A stretch of 32,000 nucleotides of DNA, taken from Candidatus Methanoperedens sp. (GTDB lineage: Archaea; Halobacteriota; Methanosarcinia; Methanosarcinales; Methanoperedenaceae). Under the pieces are notes generated by a model, which worked only from the letters and a program-made list of their open reading frames with translations, was not told the origin of the DNA and did not search any database. The stretch spans positions 450,001 through 482,000 of the forward strand of contig JBGQBI010000001.1 in assembly GCA_041494705.1 (NCBI GenBank), in the 5' to 3' direction. The translations under genes and the position numbers were made by a program. Positions 1-9,238 of this stretch are shown here, one piece after another (within the stretch, counting starts at the first letter, position 1; every line of letters starts with the position of its first letter).

Positions 1-2
1 TG

Positions 3-326
<324 letters not shown>

Positions 327-365
327 TGTAATGTTTATTGCGGTGCACGTTGTCTTAATTCCTGA

Positions 366-1973
366 ATGAATGCAATTGAATCGGCTGGCAGGGAGCTTAT
401 AGAACAACTCCTGCGAAAAGAGATAACAGACGAAAAAGGATTGAACGCAGCTAAAAAAGCAGCCAGCATCCGCTACAAACTTTCATCCCTTCCTGCCAAT
501 TCCCAGATACTTGCGGCTGCAAGGAACGAAGATGAAAAAGGACGCGTTCTTGACCTTCTCCAGTTAAAACCGGTCAGGACGATATCGGGCGTGGCTGTGA
601 TAGCCGCCATGACATCGCCTGCCCCGTGCCCTCACGGGCTTTGTGTTCCGTGCCCCGGTGGCATTGAATCGAAATTCCATTCGCCGCAGAGCTATATGGG
701 AGCAGAACCCGCTGCGCGGCGGGCATTTGAGAATAATTTTGACCCGTATTTGCAGGTCTCATCCAGGTTAAAACAGCTTTCGCAGATAGGTCACCCGATT
801 GGGAAAGCGGAACTTATCGTGATGGGGGGGACATATACATCCCGTACCCTGTGCTACCAGGAATGGTTCGTGAAACGCTGTATAGAGGCGATGAATGATT
901 TTTACGGCACAGAATGGCGAAAAGCCAGGGATTATGTTTCAATAGAAGAAGTCCAATCCGCAAACGAGAGCGCCGGAATAAGGAATGTGGGGATAACCAT
1001 AGAAACAAGACCGGACTGGACTAAAAAAGAGCATATAGATACCATTCTTGAGCTTGGCGCGACAAAAGTGGAGATAGGAGTCCAGAGCACCTACGATTTC
1101 ATACTTGCAGGCATACAGCGCGGTCATACCGTCGCTGAAAGCGCAGAAGCCAATAAGAGGCTTCGCGACAGCGGAATTAAAGTCGGGTTTCATATGATGC
1201 CGGGGCTGCCCGGGGCCTCTGTGGAATCGGATTTTCGCATGTTCAGGACGTTATTTGAAGATGAGCGATTCATGCCGGATTATCTCAAAATATATCCTAC
1301 ACTGGTAACTGAAGGAACGCGGCTTCACGGGATGTGGGAACTCGGGAATTATGCGCCCCTTGAAGTGCTGGAGGCTGTGGGATTGCTTGCAAAAATCAAA
1401 TCCATCCTGCCGAAGTGGGTTCGTTTGCAGAGAATACAGCGCGATATCCCAGCATACCAGGTGCTTGCCGGGATAAGGAAAAGCAATATAAGGCAGCTTG
1501 CAAAGGAAAGGCTCCTGGAAATGGGAGGAAAGTGCAACTGCATCAGGTGCCGCGAGGTAGGGCACAGGATGCTTGAGGGATTTAAGCCAGAGAATATCGA
1601 AATGACCGTGGAAGAATATGCAGCGTGCGGCGGAAAAGAGCATTTCATTTCATTCGAGGATACGGGAAAGGATGTATTGGTCGGGTTCTTAAGACTCCGC
1701 TTCCCATGCGCGCCCCACAGGCAGGAACTACACGGCGCGGCGCTGGTGCGCGAGCTGCATGTTTACGGCTCGATGGTCCCGCCGGGTGAAAGCGCGGGCA
1801 AGGCGCAGTGGCAGCATCGCGGGTACGGGGAGGAGCTTCTGGCGCATGCGGAAGAGACTGCACACGCTGCCGGATATGAGAAAATTGCGGTGACCAGTGG
1901 CATCGGTGTACGGGATTATTACAGGAAGTTCGGATACGGGCGCGAGGGTCCGTATATGATCAAGAAACTCTAA
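366..1973 (+). CDS. elp3: Elp3-type tRNA uridine(34) modification enzyme (radical SAM + GNAT acetyltransferase domains)
   Basis: 535-aa ORF. It has the Elp3-style cluster motif CPHGLCVPCPGG, a radical SAM core (IETRPDW, EIGVQS) and a C-terminal GNAT block (QHRGYGEELLAHAE). Confidence 0.9.
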   Translation: MNAIESAGRELIEQLLRKEITDEKGLNAAKKAASIRYKLSSLPANSQILAAARNEDEKGRVLDLLQLKPVRTISGVAVIAAMTSPAPCPHGLCVPCPGGIESKFHSPQSYMGAEPAARRAFENNFDPYLQVSSRLKQLSQIGHPIGKAELIVMGGTYTSRTLCYQEWFVKRCIEAMNDFYGTEWRKARDYVSIEEVQSANESAGIRNVGITIETRPDWTKKEHIDTILELGATKVEIGVQSTYDFILAGIQRGHTVAESAEANKRLRDSGIKVGFHMMPGLPGASVESDFRMFRTLFEDERFMPDYLKIYPTLVTEGTRLHGMWELGNYAPLEVLEAVGLLAKIKSILPKWVRLQRIQRDIPAYQVLAGIRKSNIRQLAKERLLEMGGKCNCIRCREVGHRMLEGFKPENIEMTVEEYAACGGKEHFISFEDTGKDVLVGFLRLRFPCAPHRQELHGAALVRELHVYGSMVPPGESAGKAQWQHRGYGEELLAHAEETAHAAGYEKIAVTSGIGVRDYYRKFGYGREGPYMIKKL

Positions 1974-2102
1974 CTTTTAAATATTAACCGCAGATGAACG
2001 CGAATCTCCATCTGTCTTAAGGTTCAAAATCAACAATTGCCAGCTTCACATATCCGCAAAGATTATCTGCAAAGGTATCAATAAGAAAAAAAAGGTATCA
2101 GT

Positions 2103-3128
2103 TTGAGCAAGAAAACTCTATCAACACTTAAAAAACAGGTTGCACTCCGAATGCAATATTACTTGAAGAAAAACTTCAGACCAACCAGTCTTGCTTATAA
2201 AGTTCTATCGGACTACCCCACCAGACCTGGAAAGGGGATTCGGCCAGCGTTCTGTCTTGCAGCTGCAGCATCGGTAGGGGGAGACTACAACAAAGCTATC
2301 AATACAGGAGTGGCTATAGAACTGCTCCACAATGCGTTTCTCATCAAGGACGACATCGTAGATCAATCACTTTATCGAAGAGGCGACCTCACTTTGAACA
2401 GGAAATATGGTCTTGCCCTGGCTGCCAATGCAGGTGACGCCGTTAAGATTCTTAGCATGTCTCCGCTCATAGATAACCTCGGCTTAATAGGAGTGCAAAA
2501 ATCTTTGCAGGTAATCCTGGAGATACAGGAGATGGCCAGGAGAAGCGTTGAAGGGCAGATAATGGAGCTGACATACGTAAAGCAGAACAGGACAGATCTG
2601 AAGCCAAGGGATTATTTTAGATTATGCGAGAACAAGACTTGCTGGTACACTATAATTACCCCAATCAGGACAGGTCTGATTATTGGCAGTGAACATGCTA
2701 CTCCCGGGCAACTTGATACATTTACGAGGTTTGGACTGAACTTAGGGCTGGCATTTCAGATAACTGATGATACTTTGAACCTGACCGCATCCCAGAAACA
2801 GTATGGCAAAGAAATCAAAGGCGACATCTTTGAGGGTAAACGAACTCTCATACTTATTCATCTTCTTAACTCATGCACTTCGCAGGAGAGACAAAAAATG
2901 CGAAGAATTCTGAAAACACCACGTGACAATAAGACTGACTCGGACGTGACATACGTGGAGGAACTTATGCAAAAGTATTCCAGCATCGAATACGCTGAGA
3001 AAATAGCGCAAAGTTTGGCTATAAAGGCTGAAAGAATACTCCTTAATGAATGCGACTGGATGACAGAGAAACGCTGGAAACAATTCTTTTTGGATCAGAC
3101 CAGTTACCTTATTAAGCGTAAGAAATAA
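2103..3128 (+). CDS. Polyprenyl (trans-isoprenyl) diphosphate synthase family protein, divergent
   Basis: 341-aa ORF with a TTG start. The first Asp-rich motif DDIVD lies at 2349-2363, followed by RRG. The second motif FQITDDTLN (2766-2780) ends in Asn instead of Asp. GKEIKGDIFEGKRT lies downstream, as in GGPP/FPP synthases. Confidence 0.8.
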   Translation: MSKKTLSTLKKQVALRMQYYLKKNFRPTSLAYKVLSDYPTRPGKGIRPAFCLAAAASVGGDYNKAINTGVAIELLHNAFLIKDDIVDQSLYRRGDLTLNRKYGLALAANAGDAVKILSMSPLIDNLGLIGVQKSLQVILEIQEMARRSVEGQIMELTYVKQNRTDLKPRDYFRLCENKTCWYTIITPIRTGLIIGSEHATPGQLDTFTRFGLNLGLAFQITDDTLNLTASQKQYGKEIKGDIFEGKRTLILIHLLNSCTSQERQKMRRILKTPRDNKTDSDVTYVEELMQKYSSIEYAEKIAQSLAIKAERILLNECDWMTEKRWKQFFLDQTSYLIKRKK

Positions 3129-3163
3129 ATAGGCATAGATTACTACAATATCAAGGGATTTTT

Positions 3164-3550
3164 ATGAGTGAAAAAAAGAAGGTTACAAGATCCAAGCGTG
3201 AAAACACAGCTATACCCCGCCCAGTGATGATCAATCAACGTTCCATCCAGCGGGCTATGAACAAAGTCGTCGGGAACCTTAGCGATCCTGACTACCAGGA
3301 ACAAGTGACGAAGTTAGCCCAGGCCTCAGCTAACAATTCCCTGGAAACACTCCAAAAATTAGTCCAGGTTTCTGAACGCATGTCCAAACTGGATAACAAA
3401 GGCTGGGACTCTCTTATCGACGGTTCGGTAAATGACCTGATGCGCGCCTACCTTCAATTCAATTCTGACTTGATTGTGCTCCTGCAAAAACAATCGAGTA
3501 AGACAATAGATATTCTGGATGCAGCTTTGCCAAGAAAAGAAGAAAAATAA
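3164..3550 (+). CDS. Hypothetical protein, predicted all-helical, basic N-terminus (phasin-like appearance, not established)
   Basis: 128-aa ORF in the same orientation and tightly spaced with its neighbours. I recognised no diagnostic motif. Confidence 0.5.
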   Translation: MSEKKKVTRSKRENTAIPRPVMINQRSIQRAMNKVVGNLSDPDYQEQVTKLAQASANNSLETLQKLVQVSERMSKLDNKGWDSLIDGSVNDLMRAYLQFNSDLIVLLQKQSSKTIDILDAALPRKEEK

Positions 3551-3567
3551 TTCAGGCCGCCATCCGA

Positions 3568-4698
3568 ATGAACCTCTACTCCATAGATGATACTGTCCAC
3601 CTCGACGCTTTTAAAATTCCTTCAATCTTTGACGATCGTCTGGCTCTATATAAAGAATGGCACGATTTCGTATTTTACGATAGAAAAGCCCGTATATTCG
3701 GGCTTCTGAATTTCGGGATTCATGGCAACCCCTTTGATGCCAAACGTGGATATGGAAGTGCTCTTTCATTCTTCGTAGACCCGCAGGGTAGAATTTTAAC
3801 AGGGAGTAAGATAATCCCCTTAGGAAAGCTTAAAATATCAGCATACAACCCGGATTTTATCGGTGAAGATGTTGCGGTGACTTACCAGAAGGATAACAGT
3901 TTCAAAATAGAAGGTAAGATTGATAAAATATCCTTCAACCTCAGTCTTGCGGTTATCCTGCCTCCTGTATCCAGTAAAGAGATAGTTTTTGATGTTCTGG
4001 GCGGGCATGAACCAATAAGTATCGGAATGATTCGGGCAGCAGATGAAATGCGTAAGTTCTGGGAAAACTGGGTGGAATGTCCAAGACTTCTGTCCTCAGG
4101 AGAAGTCACACTGGACGGAACTGTTTTTCCTGTTAATACCACCACAGGATACCACGACCATGAGGGCGGTCGTTTCGATTGGGGCGCCCCATGGGGATGG
4201 GACACCGGAGTCTTACTTTGCGATCCATCGAATGCAAAAGAACCCGTGAGCGCAAGGTTTCTGTTTTACCGATATGGTCCATCCGACGATTTATCATATG
4301 GCGGTTTTATCGTCGAAAAGAAAAACGGTGAAAAAAAGTATTTTGGCAGTGAAAAAATTGAGATTACCCGGGAAGGAAAGTTTTGTGGGGAACATAGCAT
4401 AATTCCTGGAGTTACACGCCTCCTTTATCCGGATTACAATCCATGCATACCCGAAAGAATAGAATTCTTAGCAGTCGATGGTTCTGACAACCTTAACATT
4501 ATCTTTAAGCCCAGGGCTGTTTGCAGCGTAATCGCTTCAAGTATCAATGGTACATCGGATACTGAACTCAATGAAATGTTCTGCAGCGCATCCCTCAGCG
4601 GAAGCGTGGGAGGCAAAACCTATAATAAGACCATTCCCTGTTGGTTTGAATCTGTCAGGCCGCGTGGGAGCGTGAGAAATTATGACTTTGAAGCTTAA
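3568..4698 (+). CDS. Hypothetical protein; possible CrtC/AttH-like (carotenoid 1,2-hydratase fold) beta-rich protein
   Basis: 376-aa ORF. The segments EWHDFVFYD...GLLNFGIHGNP and GYHDHEGGRFDWGAPWGWDTG resemble the two-lobed CrtC/AttH pattern. This is recalled from memory, not computed. Confidence 0.5.
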   Translation: MNLYSIDDTVHLDAFKIPSIFDDRLALYKEWHDFVFYDRKARIFGLLNFGIHGNPFDAKRGYGSALSFFVDPQGRILTGSKIIPLGKLKISAYNPDFIGEDVAVTYQKDNSFKIEGKIDKISFNLSLAVILPPVSSKEIVFDVLGGHEPISIGMIRAADEMRKFWENWVECPRLLSSGEVTLDGTVFPVNTTTGYHDHEGGRFDWGAPWGWDTGVLLCDPSNAKEPVSARFLFYRYGPSDDLSYGGFIVEKKNGEKKYFGSEKIEITREGKFCGEHSIIPGVTRLLYPDYNPCIPERIEFLAVDGSDNLNIIFKPRAVCSVIASSINGTSDTELNEMFCSASLSGSVGGKTYNKTIPCWFESVRPRGSVRNYDFEA

Positions 4699-5080
4699 AA
4701 AATTCCTGAGCGATTTCATAGAAATAATGAAGGAAGACTTCCCGCTCCAGCTGCGTGGAATCGTCAAAGATGCCCGGGGGATTACCTGCCTTCAAACTCT
4801 TGATAACGAAAAAGCCGTAATCCAGACACGAAAACGTGAAATCATAATCACCAAAGGGGCTCCCAAAAACGAAATAAACGCCCGTGTCGTCCTCTCCAGG
4901 GACTGTCTCTTCAAAATTATAGAAGGCAAACTGACTCTTGCAGAAGCGTTTTACACGAAGGAATTTGATGTCATTGGAGATCCTCAAACACTTCTACGAT
5001 GCTATGAGATGTGGATAAGGATTATATCTATAGCGCGGACTTCCCCGCGATTTCACTTTTTGATTTACAAATTGCGCTAA
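4682..5080 (+). CDS. SCP2 sterol/lipid-carrier domain protein
   Basis: 132-aa ORF overlapping the upstream gene by 17 nt. The block SRDCLFKIIEGKLTLAEAFYTKEFDVIGDPQTLL matches the SCP2 C-terminal signature (G-K-L-x-x-x-x-A-F-x-x-G-x-x-x-v-x-G-D). Confidence 0.6.
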   Translation: MTLKLKKFLSDFIEIMKEDFPLQLRGIVKDARGITCLQTLDNEKAVIQTRKREIIITKGAPKNEINARVVLSRDCLFKIIEGKLTLAEAFYTKEFDVIGDPQTLLRCYEMWIRIISIARTSPRFHFLIYKLR

Positions 5081-5171
5081 ATAGCAAAACCTGGAAAAGT
5101 TTTGACTGTACAGATCCAGTGGCCAAAAACAATAAATATCATCAAGATATAATGTAGGTCTGGGTGCGATC

Positions 5172-6263
5172 TTGAGCAAAAATTTGAGAAAAACTAAGGC
5201 TTCAAATCCTGGGAAGGCAACTTTCGCTACTTCAAGAGTGGTAGAGCAGTTAAATAATATTAATATGCCCAAAACAGATAGAAAGTGTGGAAGTTGTCCC
5301 CCTCCAGAACCACGCTGTCCCAACCAGGCCAAGAAAGTAACATCCCGTGTGATAATCCCGAATTCAGAGATTGCCTCAAGCATTGGGGGTCCGGTCTCCA
5401 TCGACCAAATCGAGATTAGTACGATGACTATTCCGAATGTCGAGTTGGATGATTTCAAAGGAGATTTCACATATGAATCGTGCAAGGCAAAAAACGTCGA
5501 AATAGCTATGACGCTTTCCATTAGTTCTTCCTTCTCCGGGACTATTCATACGCCCTGGCCATTGCCAGATTTGCATCCGTCGGGTACCGTAAATTTTGCT
5601 TCTTATACCGAAACGCATTCTCTTGGAGACATCGACTTCCAAAGCGGCAGCATTTCAATGCAGTCGCCAAAGATGACCATGGGTCCTTTTTCAATGACAC
5701 CTGAGCCAATTCGGAGAACAACCATAGGCGAAGTTACTGCAGAGAATGTCCAAATGAAATGTACGAGTATACCCTTGGACAGTCCCTTGTGCAAGGCTCT
5801 TGGCGTCTGTCTTCCAATGCTGAATCCCATGTGTCCCAACAATGTAATAACTGAAGAAACGAACATCGAGAGAATGGATTCGAAGAATATATCAAGCTCG
5901 CACATAGTAATGAATGACATAAGCGCATTAAACATCAATATCCCGTCTGTCACTACCAAAGGATTTAAAGCCATTTCAACTACTCCGATTACAATAAATA
6001 CGTCTAAGAAGACTTATGGGCCTGGGGTAACGCGTACAGGGGATGCGGATAATGCTGATATCAATACCGTCATGACCCTTAATATTGAAAAAGTAGTAAT
6101 GAGTGTTAAAGGTGGAATGGAAATCAGTAACGTAAAGGGCAAGGTCACAACAGCCTCAGCGATTTCGGATAAACTTGACATCGACCTCGTCTTAAAAGGA
6201 ATCAAAATCAAAGGATTGAATTTGTGTGGCATGAAAATTCCTGAGATAGAGGTGGAATTCTAG
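5172..6263 (+). CDS. Hypothetical protein (orphan, Cys/Pro-rich N-terminal segment, beta-rich remainder)
   Basis: 363-aa ORF with a TTG start; an alternative ATG at Met32 is possible. I saw no signal peptide or TM segment. CGSCPPPEPRCPNQ lies near the N-terminus. No family recognised. Confidence 0.5.
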   Translation: MSKNLRKTKASNPGKATFATSRVVEQLNNINMPKTDRKCGSCPPPEPRCPNQAKKVTSRVIIPNSEIASSIGGPVSIDQIEISTMTIPNVELDDFKGDFTYESCKAKNVEIAMTLSISSSFSGTIHTPWPLPDLHPSGTVNFASYTETHSLGDIDFQSGSISMQSPKMTMGPFSMTPEPIRRTTIGEVTAENVQMKCTSIPLDSPLCKALGVCLPMLNPMCPNNVITEETNIERMDSKNISSSHIVMNDISALNINIPSVTTKGFKAISTTPITINTSKKTYGPGVTRTGDADNADINTVMTLNIEKVVMSVKGGMEISNVKGKVTTASAISDKLDIDLVLKGIKIKGLNLCGMKIPEIEVEF

Positions 6264-6539
6264 ATGATAAGACCTCAGAAAATCGATAAGAATGCGAACT
6301 TGAAAGATGAAGAAATTTCAAGAAGAGAAGAGATAGCAAAAGCACTCTGGGAACAAAAAGAGCCCGATAAAGCCGACATAAAAAGCACGCTTGAATTAAT
6401 ATATCTTAGCTTTATCACCCTTCTTGGTAATAGAGAGCTTGTCGAGGATGATTTGAAAGAAATCAAATCTAAGCTTGACGATTGCGCAGATCGAATGATT
6501 GAAATAAAAGAGAAATCAAAAAGAAAATCCCGGAAGTAA
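6264..6539 (+). CDS. Hypothetical small charged coiled-coil protein
   Basis: 91-aa ORF whose ATG directly abuts the TAG of the upstream gene (6261-6263 / 6264-6266). It is rich in K and E and has a basic tail KSKRKSRK. Confidence 0.45.
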   Translation: MIRPQKIDKNANLKDEEISRREEIAKALWEQKEPDKADIKSTLELIYLSFITLLGNRELVEDDLKEIKSKLDDCADRMIEIKEKSKRKSRK

Positions 6540-6549
6540 CTTCAAGAAA

Positions 6550-7305
6550 TTAATCCACGAGTTCTCTGGGTTTATCTGCGGTTCCTATCCTTACAGCGGG
6601 CTTATCTTCAATAAAAACCGACTCGACTGGCAATCTTTCGCACAATCTTTTCATGGCAGGCGCTTCTGTGGCATAATGTGTCGCATCAAACAGGCAAAGC
6701 TCCCCTCCATAACGGAGTGCATCATGGCGAAGTTCTCCCGATACAAGCGCATCTGCGCCGTGTTCAAGGGCGATATCGATGTATTCCCTGCGAAAACCGC
6801 TCCCGCCTACGACCATGACTTTTCTTATTTCGTGGTCTCCAGTGTATTGTACATGCGTATCCAGCTTTTTTGTTATGATGGATGCAAATTCCGGCGCGCT
6901 GCATGGCTTTATTTCGCCTACCCTGCCAAGCGCAAGCGGAATTATGTTACGCAAGCCCAGAATTTCAGCGAGCACATCGTTCACGCCGCCTTCAGCTTTG
7001 TCATAATTGGTGTGCATTGTATAGATGGAAATATCGTTGTTGATAGCAATTTTCAAGGTATCTGATAATCTTTTTGAAATAATGTTTACAGGGTCGAAAA
7101 TCAGCGTGTGATGGGTGATGAGCAGGTTTGCGCCCAGTCGCGCCGCTTCTTTCAGCACATGGTCGGTCGGGTCAAGCGCCACTGCGATTTTTCGGATGTC
7201 AGCGGCGCGGTCAAGAACGAGTCCGATTCTGCCTGTGTCGAAGTCTTCTGCGAGGGCGGGAGGTGCTATGGATTCGAGGAGTGGGATTAGTTCACAAAGG
7301 TTCAT
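6550..7305 (-). CDS. NIF3-family dinuclear metal centre protein (GTP cyclohydrolase 1 type 2 homologue)
   Basis: 251-aa ORF with the NIF3 blocks LLITHHTLIF, YTMHTNYD and ATHYATE. Confidence 0.85.
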   Translation of the reverse strand: MNLCELIPLLESIAPPALAEDFDTGRIGLVLDRAADIRKIAVALDPTDHVLKEAARLGANLLITHHTLIFDPVNIISKRLSDTLKIAINNDISIYTMHTNYDKAEGGVNDVLAEILGLRNIIPLALGRVGEIKPCSAPEFASIITKKLDTHVQYTGDHEIRKVMVVGGSGFRREYIDIALEHGADALVSGELRHDALRYGGELCLFDATHYATEAPAMKRLCERLPVESVFIEDKPAVRIGTADKPRELVD

Positions 7306-7375
7306 GTGTTGTTGTTATCGGCGGAATTATTTAAGGTTTGGTTTTTTATATGTATAATCTCTTTTCTTCGATATG

Positions 7376-7405
7376 AAAAAAACGAGCCCATGATTATAGG
7401 CATGG
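7376..7405 (-). terminator. Putative archaeal terminator downstream of tRNA-Ser (short hairpin plus T7 tract)
   Basis: Minus strand reads CCATG-cctataat-CATGG (7405-7388), then gctcg, then TTTTTTT (7382-7376). Oligo-T tracts are the usual archaeal termination signal. Confidence 0.4.
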
Positions 7406-7419
7406 ATTGAACAGGTTGA

Positions 7420-7505
7420 CGCCGAGGTAGGGATTTGAACCCTAGCTTACCAGAAGGTAAAACAGGTCTCGAGCCTGCCGCGTTAGTCCGCTCTGCCACC
7501 TCGGC
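7420..7505 (-). tRNA. tRNA-Ser (anticodon CGA), class II with long variable arm, no encoded CCA
   Basis: Minus strand reads GCCGAGGTGGCAGAGCGGACTAACGCGGCAGGCTCGAGACCTGTTTTACCTTCTGGTAAGCTAGGGTTCAAATCCCTACCTCGGC plus discriminator G. Acceptor stem is GCCGAGG/CCTCGGC. T-arm is TAGGG-TTCAAAT-CCCTA. Anticodon stem is GCAGG/CCTGT with loop CT-CGA-GA. Variable arm is TACC-TTCT-GGTA. The D-stem has one A-C mismatch. Confidence 0.8.
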
Positions 7506-7568
7506 ACGGGTGTGTTTTTAATATAGTTTGTAGGCTATTAACCTTTGTAATACTTCATCAGGTGATTC
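7506..7568. promoter_or_regulatory. Possible bidirectional promoter region between tRNA-Ser and the methyltransferase gene
   Basis: An AT-rich TTTTTAATATAG box lies at about 7514-7525, roughly 45 nt upstream of the 7569 ATG. GGTGAT lies at about 7560-7565, just upstream of the ATG. The same box read on the minus strand sits just upstream of the tRNA 5' end. This rests on spacing only. Confidence 0.3.
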
Positions 7569-8225
7569 ATGAGACTTGACTCTTATCTTGTCGAGATTGG
7601 CAATCTTGGTTCCCGCGGGCGCGCAAAACGCGCCATTGTTGAAGGGCATGTGAAGGTCAATGGTAAGATTATCACCAAGCCGTCGTTTGATGTTGCATAT
7701 TCCGATAACATTGAGGTAATGGAGGGGCTTGACAAGCCCGCAGGTTACTGGAAACTAAAAGAGATACAGGAAAAGACTAATCTTATTAAGAAAGGAGATA
7801 CGGTACTCGACATAGGCTCAAGCGCGGGAGGTTTTCTCATGTTCGCTTCAGAGATTGCTTCCCGTGTTCATGGCATCGAGTTCAGCCATGAGTTCCGCTC
7901 TACACTTTCAAAACTCGCGCATGAACGTCCAAATATAACCGTGGAATTCGGCGATGTATTTACAATACCTGTTGAAAAAGAGAAATTTGATGTATTTGAT
8001 GTTTTACTTCTGGACATCACCGCAAGCCCTTTATCTTCTATAAAAGCTCTTGAGAATGTGCTTTCTGCTTTAAAAAGCGGCGGAATGCTCCTACAGGTAC
8101 TTAAATTGCCAAAAGACAGGGACAGGGAACCGATACTCAGGAAGCTCTCATCCCTGGGATTGGAAATTACCGAAGTACTTGAATCTGAGAAAAAAGAAGC
8201 ATATATCATTGCAAGGAAGTTATAA
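7569..8225 (+). CDS. S4-domain SAM-dependent RNA methyltransferase (TlyA/FtsJ-like)
   Basis: 218-aa ORF. N-terminal S4 fold (RLDSYLVE...[19 protein letters not shown]) followed by SAM motif [11 protein letters not shown]. Confidence 0.8.
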   Translation: MRLDSYLVEIGNLGSRGRAKRAIVEGHVKVNGKIITKPSFDVAYSDNIEVMEGLDKPAGYWKLKEIQEKTNLIKKGDTVLDIGSSAGGFLMFASEIASRVHGIEFSHEFRSTLSKLAHERPNITVEFGDVFTIPVEKEKFDVFDVLLLDITASPLSSIKALENVLSALKSGGMLLQVLKLPKDRDREPILRKLSSLGLEITEVLESEKKEAYIIARKL

Positions 8226-9205
8226 TGGAGCAATTTGATTTTGATATGGAACGCATTTTTAAAATTATAAATGACAAAAAATGCAAAAATATCGGGCTTC
8301 AGTTTCCTGAGGGTTTGAAAAGGCAGGCAATTAAAATCGCAAAGGAGATTGAAGAAAAAACCGGGGCAAGTACTATTATTTCAGGTAACCCCTGCTTCGG
8401 GGCATGCGATATTGATACCATCCTTGAAGGAAAAGTCGATTTGCTTTTCCATTTCGGGCATTCAAAAATGGGCAAACACGATAACGTGGTTTTTATTGAA
8501 ACGCGTTCAAATATCGATGTCCTGCCTGCCGTCAAAATCGCGCTTCCTCTATTAAAAACAAAGAAGATTGGTCTTGTAACTACAGTCCAGCATATTCATA
8601 AACTGGATGAAGTCTCAAAATTCCTGAGGGACAATGGAAAGGAACCGGTTATCGGGAAAGGAGATTTGAGAGTTAGTTATCCGGGGCAGGTATTGGGGTG
8701 TAATTTCACGGCTGCACGCATTGATTGCGAGGAGTACCTTTACGTAGGCAGCGGGTTTTTCCATCCACTTGGAGTTGCTATTGCGACAGGAAAAAGAGTG
8801 GTTGCAGCAGACCCGTATTTGAACCAGGCACAAGAGGTCTCTCCTGAAAAGTTCCTTCGCAAGCGAAGCGGGTATATCGCAAAGGTGATGGATGCAAAAG
8901 TCTTCGGGATAATCGTTTCAACAAAAAGCGGACAGGACAGGATGACGCTTGCGAGGCGACTTCTGGAAATCGCAAATAAGCACGGTATTTCGGCGCAAAT
9001 TATAATGATGGACCTTGTAACTCCCGAACAATTGCTTGGATTCAAAGCCGATGCTTATGTGAATACGGCATGTCCGAGAATCACGATTGATGATTCGGAA
9101 CGATTTCATGTGCCCGTATTGACCCCTGCGGAGTTTGAGATTGTGCTGGGGGAGAGAAAATGGGAAACCATTGAAATGGACGAGATACTGGAAGGGACAG
9201 AGTAG
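8225..9205 (+). CDS. dph2: Diphthamide synthesis enzyme Dph2 (2-(3-amino-3-carboxypropyl)histidine synthase)
   Basis: 326-aa ORF whose start overlaps the upstream stop (TAATG at 8223-8227). FPEGLKRQA is the N-terminal block. Three spaced Cys residues ([21 protein letters not shown]) match archaeal Dph2 4Fe-4S ligands. Confidence 0.85.
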   Translation: MEQFDFDMERIFKIINDKKCKNIGLQFPEGLKRQAIKIAKEIEEKTGASTIISGNPCFGACDIDTILEGKVDLLFHFGHSKMGKHDNVVFIETRSNIDVLPAVKIALPLLKTKKIGLVTTVQHIHKLDEVSKFLRDNGKEPVIGKGDLRVSYPGQVLGCNFTAARIDCEEYLYVGSGFFHPLGVAIATGKRVVAADPYLNQAQEVSPEKFLRKRSGYIAKVMDAKVFGIIVSTKSGQDRMTLARRLLEIANKHGISAQIIMMDLVTPEQLLGFKADAYVNTACPRITIDDSERFHVPVLTPAEFEIVLGERKWETIEMDEILEGTE

Positions 9206-9238
9206 CTATTTACTAATCAAATTTCCATGCGCAATGGA

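Noticed and set aside
9206-9238. Weak hairpin (CCATG-cgca-ATGG) between the convergent dph2 and cytochrome genes, considered as a bidirectional terminator.
   Set aside because: The stem is only 4-5 bp with no adjacent T tract on either strand, which is not enough support.
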